A stretch of 64,000 nt of DNA, taken from a bacterium (GTDB taxonomy: Bacteria > SAR324 > NAC60-12). The position numbers and the translations under genes were made by a program. The notes under the pieces are model-generated. The model was not told the DNA's origin. It made no database searches and was given only the letters and a program-made list of their open reading frames with translations. The stretch is taken from contig CBDBHR010000028.1 of the NCBI GenBank assembly GCA_965205865.1, positions 160,001 to 224,000 on the forward strand. Reading direction: 5' to 3'. Positions 29,711 to 38,454 of the stretch are shown here, one piece after another; the stretch's first letter is position 1, and each line of letters opens with the position of its first letter.

Positions 29711-30383
29711 ACCTGATCGCTTCTTCAATTGTATCTTCCTTCAGCTGATAATCTTGCGCCAATTCACGAATACACTCTCCCGCTTTGTAGCGTTCAGCAA
29801 TAAATTCAGTAGCCAAGCCAGTACCGGCAATCACGGGTCTACCAGCCGATAATTGAGGGTCAATGACAATCTTTGCGGGGGCGTCTTCCATATCGTTACG
29901 AGTAAACGGATAGAGTTTGACAGGAATCCCACTGGTATCCCTTTCTATGCGATGCAAAGCCTCAGAAATCACCTCTTGTATGACGAGTTGACCGTTTTGA
30001 GAAATATTGATCAATTGCCCGTATTTCTTGATGAACAAGTGTACCCCATCTGTCTCAAACTGATTGCTCAGCAAAGGGTGCCGTCTCTCCCAATCATTTT
30101 GAGTACTCCTCATTAAATACTCGAGGGCTGTCCGTACCTTGGGCATCTTCACGACATATTTACGTCGGATAGCAGCAAGGATGTGCAGCTCGGCAAGATT
30201 GAGAAACGAAAGTTGTGGCGGCGAGTGTTCAGGAACCACAATGAGGGGTTTATAATTCCCTCGACCTACGGACCAATAGCGAATGGTCGCTTTCGGCACT
30301 ATGAGATAGTGTGCCGCCTCTTGAATCGTATAGGCTGGTTTCTCCCGTGGATCTCGCTTTAGACGGGTATATATTTTGTTCAT
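29688..30383 (-). CDS. DUF433 antitoxin (VapB45-like)
   Basis: YTIQEAAHYL HTH, LSFLNLAELH, IDPQLSAGRPVIAGTG..AGE; RBS GGAGAAGG before ATG 30383. Confidence 0.88.
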   Translation of the reverse strand: MNKIYTRLKRDPREKPAYTIQEAAHYLIVPKATIRYWSVGRGNYKPLIVVPEHSPPQLSFLNLAELHILAAIRRKYVVKMPKVRTALEYLMRSTQNDWERRHPLLSNQFETDGVHLFIKKYGQLINISQNGQLVIQEVISEALHRIERDTSGIPVKLYPFTRNDMEDAPAKIVIDPQLSAGRPVIAGTGLATEFIAERYKAGECIRELAQDYQLKEDTIEEAIRCELRTAA

Positions 30384-30446
30384 ACCTTCTCCTACCAAAA
30401 TATGGATCACTTATTTTTTGGAAGACATGTCAAGTGTAATGGTTTA

Positions 30447-30703
30447 TCAGGTTGTACCCTTGGGTGTCATGTCGACCATAGGGAAAGATCTTCAAGATTC
30501 CTTAAATTCGTTTGGAATGCCACTCCTTTGAATGGGATACAAGCTATCTTACCATACAGGCTATGATGAAACTCGCGTTAAAAAATTTTACGTAATTCTT
30601 AAACAGGTTTTTAAACTACTATTTTAAATCGTCCCAATAGTTCCACAAAGTCGATACATTCAACATACTCTTGCTGACAAATCAAGGGGATTTTATAATT
30701 TGA
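30447..30703. repeat. 257-bp direct repeat, copy 1 (intergenic spacer plus 3' end of the DUF4411 gene)
   Basis: Near-identical to 32930..33186 with only a few substitutions. Confidence 0.92.
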
Positions 30704-30975
30704 CCTAAATCCTGCAATTAGATGACAATCAAACATGGAAATGGTAATATACTCAAATAGTTAACAGCAGAATCAACATTTTAAGAGATCACCATTTCCA
30801 TGAAAAACAAAGGTAGCGCAAGATCGGCAAGAACGACAGCAAAAAACATCCATATCAGCCAGGGAGGTAGAGACCCGACCGCGCAAGCAGGCTTGATTCC
30901 GGTTGTCAAATTTTTAAAAAACCTCTCAAAGAGTGGGGGGAAACTCAATCAAAATATTCAATTGCAGGATTTAGG
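30704..30975 (+). mobile_element. Internally deleted IS1380-family element (MITE-like, 272 bp)
   Basis: Perfect 16-bp IRs CCTAAATCCTGCAATT / AATTGCAGGATTTAGG; contains a transposase start (..PTAQAGLIPVVKFL) fused directly to the right end. Confidence 0.8.
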
Positions 30976-31140
30976 TAGTATAGCAGACTTTGCGAATCCT
31001 TTCCGAAGTTAAGTACGATTCGTCTCTCAGATGAAATGTGATAGCAGGTGGAAGCTGCTGTTCTTTTTCCAGGCAATAAATGCTCATCCTTCGGAGACAA
31101 GGAGATGCAAGCGGTATTGCGCAATCAAGTTGATCCGTGG
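30976..31140 (-). pseudogene. Degenerate paralogous fragment of the Panacea-like gene
   Basis: Similar to 24680-24800 (DEHLL..QLP..ITFHLR..VLNF.KD.QSLLY) with frameshifts. Confidence 0.7.
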
Positions 31141-31143
31141 ACT

Positions 31144-31773
31144 CTATTTAAACAATTCCGTAAGCCAGACAACGAATTTCTGGCTGAGATTTCCATCAAT
31201 TTTCAGGTCTCCGGCACGAATGGCCAAACCCATCTTTCTGGGATCCTTTCTGGTTGCCAGCCAAGCATGAAGCTGCGCTCTCAACTTCTTTTTCTCCGAG
31301 AACTTTCTATCTGCTTGCGGAATCTTTTCTATGTAGCGCTGGGACAATGACCACACTTGATCTTCGTCGGGAATCATTCGTACAACGAAATCTTCGAGTT
31401 CTCCGGCCAATCTATTGTCTGGCATTAACCAGATTCCGATACGGGGCTGAACTTCTATGATGGTCCCGTCTGGATTCGGCAACCCGGGTGGTTGGATATT
31501 CACGCTTCGAAGTCGGTTTGTTAACTCCTGCCATCGTGCTTCCATATCGTCGTTAGCGTCCACGAGAATACCAACGACCTGACGCCCCGAAACCTTGATT
31601 TCAGGACCAATGGACTCAAGTAGGTTTGGAAGACCATCTTTGTCCGAAATGCAAAAGTCAGGCATCGCCTGGCGATGCTGATGACGCATATAAAGTTGCA
31701 GGACGACATGTTTGTCGTCCTGCCCTTCAACTAAAAGAATACGGGGCGATTCCGAGGCAATTGGACGAGTCAT
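31144..31773 (-). CDS. DUF3226-like TOPRIM-fold protein
   Basis: ILLVEGQDD, GILVDAND, GELEDF, AQLHAWLA; 2 bp after the ATPase. Confidence 0.8.
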   Translation of the reverse strand: MTRPIASESPRILLVEGQDDKHVVLQLYMRHQHRQAMPDFCISDKDGLPNLLESIGPEIKVSGRQVVGILVDANDDMEARWQELTNRLRSVNIQPPGLPNPDGTIIEVQPRIGIWLMPDNRLAGELEDFVVRMIPDEDQVWSLSQRYIEKIPQADRKFSEKKKLRAQLHAWLATRKDPRKMGLAIRAGDLKIDGNLSQKFVVWLTELFK

Positions 31774-31775
31774 AA

Positions 31776-32900
31776 TTATCTCACCTCGATGCCTTGTTCG
31801 GCTGCGATTTTGAGATCGTCCTCGGAATATTCTATCGAACGAACTTGATCGCCGCTACTTTCAAGGCGAATGAGAACACCTTCCGCCTCATCAAAATCCA
31901 TAGTCGCTTGCGCGAAGCCTGCCACGCAGTCCCAGCTATGTGTCGTGGCCAGAACCTGTATGTTGTTCTCGCGTGCCGTCCTCAGCACCATGCGCCAGAA
32001 ATAGCGCTGTATGGTATGGTGAATACCGTTTTCCGCTTCGTCAATCACAAGAAATCCATCCTGGCTGTTGGCAAGAGCCAAAGCGACACTGAATACTCGT
32101 ACCGCTCCGTCGCCAAGACTTTTCAGAGGAACTGGAAGGTCCTGTCCTCTGAGCTTCACAATCGCTCGCCGACCGTAGCGTTCGCGACCTCTCCCCTCTT
32201 CACCGACCACTGCAACACGCTCCACTTCATCGTAAATCAATTTCAGCATCTGCACTGCGTAGTTTTCATCCTCTGTAAGAGCTACCTTGTCCCAAAACCG
32301 CGTCATGTCTGCGTTGCTTAGTAAGCCTGGTCCCAAAGACTCGCATCGGATGGCAGGCAGGAATTCGGATTCATCATACCGTAACATGCGGTGGTCCCAA
32401 CGATTGAGGTTACGAAATAATGGAATGGTTTGCTCTTTGCCTTTGAATTTAATCCTGAGCACAGATAAATCTTCTTCAGAGAAGTACTTATCAGGCAAAA
32501 ATCTTCCCAATCTCTCAGCTTCTTTTTCATTGAGCAGAGCGATAGTGACACTGAGATGCTGAGCGTTGTTTCCCGTGCCTATCGAGATCAGTGGATTTTT
32601 TGAGATGTGTCTGCCATAGAATAGAGCTTCCCAATTGGGTAAAGACACTTCGTCACCGTCTTCGTCTCTAGTATCAATAAGCTCTTCGCGGCTGCGCAAA
32701 ATATCCGTGAAAATATAACCGCGCCCGCACGCGGCATAGAGCCGGACGGCATCAAGCAAGGTGGTCTTGCCAACTCCGTTTTTCCCGGCGAATAGTGTCA
32801 CGCGGCCCAGACGCGGAATCGTAAGGTCTTCAATACCACGGAACCCTCGGATCACCAAATCCGGAAGACGGAGGGCGTTATTAGATGGAATTGCAGGCAT
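31776..32900 (-). CDS. AAA_15/AAA_21 ABC-type ATPase
   Basis: FRGI, AGKNGVGKT, SLGDG, VIDEAENGIHH, TTHS; RBS GAAGGA before ATG 32900. Confidence 0.9.
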   Translation of the reverse strand: MPAIPSNNALRLPDLVIRGFRGIEDLTIPRLGRVTLFAGKNGVGKTTLLDAVRLYAACGRGYIFTDILRSREELIDTRDEDGDEVSLPNWEALFYGRHISKNPLISIGTGNNAQHLSVTIALLNEKEAERLGRFLPDKYFSEEDLSVLRIKFKGKEQTIPLFRNLNRWDHRMLRYDESEFLPAIRCESLGPGLLSNADMTRFWDKVALTEDENYAVQMLKLIYDEVERVAVVGEEGRGRERYGRRAIVKLRGQDLPVPLKSLGDGAVRVFSVALALANSQDGFLVIDEAENGIHHTIQRYFWRMVLRTARENNIQVLATTHSWDCVAGFAQATMDFDEAEGVLIRLESSGDQVRSIEYSEDDLKIAAEQGIEVR

Positions 32901-32929
32901 AAAGTTGTTTCCTTCGTTTAGCGTTGTTG

Positions 32930-33186
32930 TCAGGTTGTCCCCTTGGGTGTCATGTCGACCATAGGGAAAGATCTTCAAGATTCCTTAAATTCGTTTGGAA
33001 TGCCACTCCTTTGAATGGGATACAAGCTATCGTACCATACAGGCTATGATGAAACTCGCGTTAAAACATTTTACGTAATTCTTAAACAGGTTTTTAAACT
33101 ACTATTTTAAATCGTGCCAATAGTTCCACAAAGTCGATACATTCAACATTCTCTTGCTGACAAATCAAGGGGATTTTATAATTTGA
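32930..33186. repeat. 257-bp direct repeat, copy 2
   Basis: Matches 30447..30703. Confidence 0.92.
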
Positions 33187-33603
33187 TCTTTTGTTTGGTT
33201 TTTGATTCTGCTGCGCTTCGAGTGTTACTACTGTTTGATCTTTCAATAGCGCAAAAGCTATCAAGGAGATATCCGCCTCATTTGCCCCTTTACCATTTTC
33301 GTCTGTTTCATATTTGACCATCAAATCCAATGCCTTCTGCTTTACCGTATCATCAAGTGGTGTTTCTTCAATTCTTAAAACTTCTTCCAGCCAGATACGA
33401 AGAGGATGTGTTTCCCTTAGTTTTTCTTTATCTTTTTTCTTTCTGTTATCAATGGGTTCTATTTCATCGAAAACAGGTTGGATCAGGATGATATTGCCAC
33501 CCAATTTCTCTTGCATCCTTTGATAAAGCGTCGGAAATATCTTTGGTGAATAGGTTTTATACCAAGCTGTCATAAACACATTGGCATCCACACAATAACT
33601 CAT
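33094..33603 (-). CDS. DUF4411 (PIN-like) protein
   Basis: YCVDANVFM, ADISLIAFA, VVTLE, KIPLIC; ATGA overlap with the upstream peptidase remnant. Confidence 0.85.
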   Translation of the reverse strand: MSYCVDANVFMTAWYKTYSPKIFPTLYQRMQEKLGGNIILIQPVFDEIEPIDNRKKKDKEKLRETHPLRIWLEEVLRIEETPLDDTVKQKALDLMVKYETDENGKGANEADISLIAFALLKDQTVVTLEAQQNQKPNKRSNYKIPLICQQENVECIDFVELLARFKIVV

Positions 33604-34040
33604 ACCAGGCTTTCCAATTTCAAGGCATCGGATGCCTTTTTGATGCCCAAAAGTTTACACAACTTACGTAATCCGATTTCCTGCTCCCGGTATGCCTGCA
33701 CCACAACCCTGGAATAAATGCTGCCGTACTGATTTAACATTTCTTTGGCCATATTTCTTTTTAACGGTCGACTTTCTCTTGATTCCATCATTTGCTGGTA
33801 ATCCTCTTTCAACCATAACTCTACTTGGTTGTATCGTTGCTGGTTGATAATATTCAGATTCCGCATCCTTATCGTACAGGCGTATTTGCTGACGAAAAAC
33901 TGCTTCGCAATTGTAGCGAGTTGTTGCAAATCTTCATGTTTGTTTCCTGTCAATGAAAATGTTTTTGTTGCTTGAAGAAAGGAGGAGCAAGGCATCAATA
34001 ACTCGCCGGCAAATTCATTGCGCCATTTCTCCTCTGAGCT
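33600..34040 (-). pseudogene. C-terminal remnant of an ImmA/IrrE-family metallopeptidase
   Basis: EEKWRNEFAGELLMP, FFVSKYA..R; N-terminal HTH and HEXXH absent. Confidence 0.75.
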
Positions 34041-34128
34041 AGATTTGGCGTGAAAGCGATGTCGAAAGTACAATTCTAAAAAGTGCAAAAAAACGAAGGC
34101 CACCAGAAATAAGCGAGGCGTGAAAGCG

Positions 34129-35172
34129 ATGTTCGAATGTTTACAGATACGAAATTTTCGAGGCTTCAACGAACTCAAAATCGACCAATTGAGCGACATT
34201 AACCTCATTGCCGGCAGAAACAACGTCGGCAAGACCAGTTTACTCGAGGCAATTTTTCTGCTGGCTGGAGCCGGAAACGCGCAAATGGCAGTGAACATCA
34301 ATATTATTCGTGGCCTGGATACGATCAGTGTTCCGCCAGGCGAACCCTTGTGGAAACAACTCTTCTCTGATCTGGACATGGGACAGTCCATCGAGATCGA
34401 AGGAAATCACACGTCTCATGGTCAATTGTCCTTGAAAATCGCGTCGGAGCGAGAATCCAACACTGGGATTTTTCTTGGTCGTACTGATGGAATATCGGTG
34501 ACGAACCTATTTGATGAACGTTCACTAATATTTCTTTATAGCCGTCGTTCAAGCAAACCCGTTAAAAGTCGTATTTATATGAAAGGACAGGAGGTCAAGG
34601 TCGATCAGCCCAGTATAAATGTCCCGTTTCATGCGATCGTTCTCTCGTCTCGCATCAGATATGCTCCTGAGGATGCCATAAGGCTGGGACAATTGAGACG
34701 ACAGAAACGGGGAGATATGGTCTTAAAAGCACTACAGGTTCTTGAGCCGAGACTGCGAAGCATCGAGGAAAACTCCTCCAGCGGGATCCCCCTGATCTGG
34801 GGAGACGTCGGGTTGCCCGAACTGGTACCTCTGTCAGTAATGGGGGAAGGCATAACCCAAATTGCCCGGCTTGTTCTGGCCATTGCTTCCTTCCCCAATG
34901 GAGTCGTGCTGGTGGATGAGATTGAAAATGGCATTCACCACTCCGTACTGCCCGATGTCTGGCGGGTCGTCGCCGAAGCGACCAAGCAATTCCGCACTCA
35001 AATATTCGCAACCACGCACAGTCTCGATTGCGTGACAGCAGCTCAGGCATCCTTGGATCCTGACAGGTTTCGCCTGCACAGGCTCGAAATCGCTGACAAA
35101 ACGAGTCGCTGTGTCACCTATGAACCGGATGCAATCGATGCCGCGGTCCGACATGGTCTCGAGGTTCGATAG
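34129..35172 (+). CDS. AAA_15/AAA_21 ABC-type ATPase
   Basis: IRNFRGF, AGRNNVGKT, VMGEG, LVDEIENGIHH, TTHS. Confidence 0.9.
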   Translation: MFECLQIRNFRGFNELKIDQLSDINLIAGRNNVGKTSLLEAIFLLAGAGNAQMAVNINIIRGLDTISVPPGEPLWKQLFSDLDMGQSIEIEGNHTSHGQLSLKIASERESNTGIFLGRTDGISVTNLFDERSLIFLYSRRSSKPVKSRIYMKGQEVKVDQPSINVPFHAIVLSSRIRYAPEDAIRLGQLRRQKRGDMVLKALQVLEPRLRSIEENSSSGIPLIWGDVGLPELVPLSVMGEGITQIARLVLAIASFPNGVVLVDEIENGIHHSVLPDVWRVVAEATKQFRTQIFATTHSLDCVTAAQASLDPDRFRLHRLEIADKTSRCVTYEPDAIDAAVRHGLEVR

Positions 35173-35174
35173 GT

Positions 35175-35840
35175 ATGGCACAAGCAAGACGAATCCAGTC
35201 GAAAATCCAGTTGCTCGTGGAGGGCAAGGATCAGCTCAACTTCTTTGAAGCGCTCATCGCGCAACTTTCGATCGAGAACATCCAGATCCAGGACTTCGGC
35301 GGCGTGGACGAATTACGTGGTTTCCTGCTTGGGTTTGTGAACATGCCATATTTTCATGAGATCGTCCGGAGTATCGGCATCGTACGCGATACGGAATCAT
35401 CCGCTGAAGGGGCGTTTCAAAGTGTTCAGTCTTCGTTGAAGAACGCCAAACTGTCTGTGCCGCACAACCCCCAAGAATCCACTGCTACCCGCCCGAGGGT
35501 GACGGTACTGATTCTACCCGGCGATAATCGCCAGGGTATGCTCGAAACGCTGCTTTGCGAAAGCTTTGTGAATACCCCGGAGGATCGTTGTATCGATGAC
35601 TTTTTCAAGTGCGTGGAAGCTTTGCGCGATATGTCTATCAAGAGACCGGAGAAGGCTCGCGCGCATGCTTATCTGACAACAAAGCCTGAGCCCCATGTTT
35701 CCGTGGGTGTGGCAGCAAAGAAAAAATACTGGGATTTGAATCACAACGTTTTCAGTAATATTCGCGATTTTTTTAATATAGTCGCTGCCACCGGTTCATC
35801 GAATTGGGGGTCAGGCTTGCATACTTGCATTTCTTTCTGA
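35175..35840 (+). CDS. DUF3226-like TOPRIM-fold protein
   Basis: LLVEGKD, GIVRDTE, GMLETL, KARAHAYL; 2 bp after the ATPase. Confidence 0.8.
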   Translation: MAQARRIQSKIQLLVEGKDQLNFFEALIAQLSIENIQIQDFGGVDELRGFLLGFVNMPYFHEIVRSIGIVRDTESSAEGAFQSVQSSLKNAKLSVPHNPQESTATRPRVTVLILPGDNRQGMLETLLCESFVNTPEDRCIDDFFKCVEALRDMSIKRPEKARAHAYLTTKPEPHVSVGVAAKKKYWDLNHNVFSNIRDFFNIVAATGSSNWGSGLHTCISF

Positions 35841-35857
35841 ATACAAGTATGCAAAAG

Positions 35858-36215
35858 CGCGCAAGCAGGCTTGATATCGGTTGTCAAATTTTTGCGCAAA
35901 GAAGGGATTGTTTCAAAGACAGAGCGGACCGTAGATCATCAGCGTGGCGCCACGGGTCTTTATGACGCGCTGGACATGCTCATTTTGTCGGTGGTCGGCA
36001 TTGTTGGCGGCGCCCGTTCGATTCGTTCGATTGTGACAGTTTGGAACGACCGTGTTTTGAGTCGTGCGGCCGGTTGGCCGAGGATTCCGGATGAAACCAC
36101 ATTCGGCCGGATACTGCGTACTTTCACAGAGAAAAACATCAAATCCTTTTTTTTAAAAAAACCTGTCAAAGAGTGGGGGGAAACTCAATCAAAATATTCA
36201 ATTGCAGGATTTAGG
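35858..36215 (+). mobile_element. IS1380-family remnant (partial transposase plus right end)
   Basis: AQAGLISVVKFL..DHQRG..IPDETTFGRI; ends with the same AATTGCAGGATTTAGG as the 30704..30975 element. Confidence 0.75.
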
Positions 36216-36443
36216 TATCATTGGATTATGGCGTGAGCCTGGAGAGATTAGTGAAAATAGGTGGTAGCAAAAGAGATGGTTTAATTCTTGTTTCCTATGA
36301 AGATGATAATCATGCGCTTATGACATCAGGAAGCGTATGAATCTTTTCCAACTTATTCCCAAGTTTCCGTTTTACCATTCTAAGATCATAGCCTACTTGC
36401 AAATTATTCCAAAATCGCTCCGAATTTTATCCAGTATTCCTAT

Positions 36444-36773
36444 TCAACGCAATACGATATCAATTTGGGTTCCTAAAGCGTCCGCAATTCTTTGAAGCAT
36501 TTGCAATCCCACTGAGACATTACCGTTTTCAATACGGGAAATCACCGCTTGAGTGGTGTTTGCACGTCTGGCAAGCTCTCTTTGTGAAAGCCTTTGAGCT
36601 TCACGTCTGTTGACAATTGCCTTGGCGACTCGTCTTTGTAATTGCAGTTTTTCATACTCTTTGCGAAACTCGGGGTCTTTCATTTGCTCTTGATGATATT
36701 CCTCAAAATTCGTACCACAATGTTGTGGATTCACTCCAAGTTCGATACATTCTTTTTCAGTCAGTGCCCTCAT
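36444..36773 (-). CDS. XRE-family HTH antitoxin (HigA-like)
   Basis: DPEFRKEY, LSQRELARRANTTQAVISRIENG. Confidence 0.85.
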   Translation of the reverse strand: MRALTEKECIELGVNPQHCGTNFEEYHQEQMKDPEFRKEYEKLQLQRRVAKAIVNRREAQRLSQRELARRANTTQAVISRIENGNVSVGLQMLQRIADALGTQIDIVLR

Positions 36774-36775
36774 TC

Positions 36776-37123
36776 TTACTGCTCCAATGTTAAAAGTGCT
36801 TTGAGCCGTTCATGCGCAATTTCCAGCTCTTTTATTGGAGTTGCTTGTCCTTCTTTTTTGGTAAAACCATGAAGGATGAAAACAACGGTTTTAATCCGCA
36901 CATGAATAATGATTCTGCACAGATTATTGGATTGCTTTACCCGAATTTCTTCCATGGGATAGCCATGTAATTTTTTGAAAGCCACCCCACTCATTCTGCC
37001 TTCATGTTCCACCAGATGCTTCAAATAATCATGAAACCTGGTACGAACATTCGGAGGAAGATTGTTTAAAAACTCCTTTGCCGGTTCATTGCCGACATTA
37101 TCTTGAAAGAAGACGGTTTTCAT
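36776..37123 (-). CDS. RelE/HigB-like toxin (phage Gp49-like)
   Basis: GNEPAKEFL, EIRV, ILHGFTKK..TPIKELEIA; toxin-first gene order. Confidence 0.85.
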   Translation of the reverse strand: MKTVFFQDNVGNEPAKEFLNNLPPNVRTRFHDYLKHLVEHEGRMSGVAFKKLHGYPMEEIRVKQSNNLCRIIIHVRIKTVVFILHGFTKKEGQATPIKELEIAHERLKALLTLEQ

Positions 37124-37357
37124 AGAAATAGTATATCTTATAAGATATTAGAAGATCAACAGAAGTTTCAATTTCTAAGGCTGACCTTCCTGGCGAACTC
37201 ATCTCCTCACCATAGCGATCTGTGCCAAAATCAAGATAGGGGCATAAAATCACCTTCCTGGTCCTTTATCCCCAAACCGAACCTTGGCCCACCAACTTAA
37301 TAATAATCAATAATATCAGTAACCTGTGTTTCAACTTAAAAATATTAAAAGAAAGAA

Positions 37358-37804
37358 GTAACTATTCAGGTATCTTTAGAGACCTCTTCGATTTAAGCAC
37401 GGATTTTGCGTTGCATAAAATACGGAAAGGATTTTATGCTCTCGAAAGTTCAAAAATATATTGATTCCATTTCATCGACTCCCCACCTCGAGGCTCTTCA
37501 AGTTCAAGAAGCCTGTCTACTCTTTGAAAAAGAACGGAACCAATGGAAGCAAGAGCGATTAGGATTCCTTAAACGTATTGAAGCTCTCGAAGCAGAAAAT
37601 AAGCAACTCCGGGATCGGCTGGCTCTCAACAGCCAAAACTCGAGTAAGCCTCCATCCACCGATGTAAGTCGCAAGAGCAAAAGTTCAGGTAAAAACAGGG
37701 GAAATCCATCCTCGAGATGCTCACTCAGGCTTTGCATCCCCCGGATCAAGTCCGGGACAGGCTTCACATGCTCCTCTTTGTTACTGAAACTCTCCTTTTT
37801 TTAA
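37358..37804 (+). pseudogene. IS66-family left end and truncated transposase
   Basis: GTAACTATTCAG terminus at 37358; coiled coil followed by NSQNSSKPPSTD. Confidence 0.7.
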
Positions 37805-37820
37805 ACGTTCCGCCCCCTGC

Positions 37821-38090
37821 GTGGCCAAAAGTATTCATAGCAAACGTAGCATCGTCAATGCGATTTTGTATGTCCTGAAAACGGCTTGTCAGTGGAGAAT
37901 GCTTGGCCATGATTTACCTCCCTGGCAAAGCGTTTACGATCATTATCGCCGTTGGAAAAAACGCTGGACTGTGGAGCGAACATTCGCTTTTTGGCTCATG
38001 CCGAAGATGGACCGCAATATATTTTTTTATAGCTGACCTCCATTGTTGCGCAATTCTCCTGATCCAAACTTGCTATAGGCTTTGCGCCGC
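37821..38090 (+). pseudogene. Internally deleted IS5-family transposase
   Basis: IVNAILYVLKTACQWRML.HDLPPWQSVY..YRRW joined directly to the C-terminal RWTVERTFA. Confidence 0.8.
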
Positions 38091-38342
38091 GTAGTAGTGC
38101 TGAAATCGTGCCTTGTTGTTTCAGGGAAGGAGAGGACTTCCGCTCGTTTGATTCAAAATTAGCTGTGGGAGGGTTCCCGCTCGATCGAATGAACAATACC
38201 GTGAGAGGACTTGAAAACGATGGATTCTTCCCGGGAATCTTTTTTCAATGTTATTGAACTGAACGGCTTCTGACTGTCCCCGGATTTGAGTAGATTTATT
38301 GATTTTTTTTTGCGAATCCCGAATTTATTTTACATCAGGGGA

Positions 38343-38370
38343 TTGACATTGCATTTTTTTGTGCTATAAT
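38343..38370 (+). promoter_or_regulatory. Consensus sigma70 promoter
   Basis: TTGACA-16 bp-TATAAT with an extended -10 TG, about 85 bp upstream of the solute-binding protein gene. Confidence 0.75.
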
Positions 38371-38454
38371 CGTGCCTTCGTTAAGTTGTGTTAATAAAAA
38401 ACAGGTTTTAAATCAATCCTTAATATTTTTAAACATCCAAACGGAGAATCTCGT

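Noticed and set aside
34040-34391. N-terminus of tracked ORF 33600..34391
   Set aside because: Mostly antisense to the 34129..35172 ATPase; only the C-terminal part resembles ImmA/IrrE.
36444-37123. Prophage, suggested by the Gp49-like toxin and the Gp37/Gp68-like DUF5131
   Set aside because: No structural, replication or integrase genes; these families are common outside phages.
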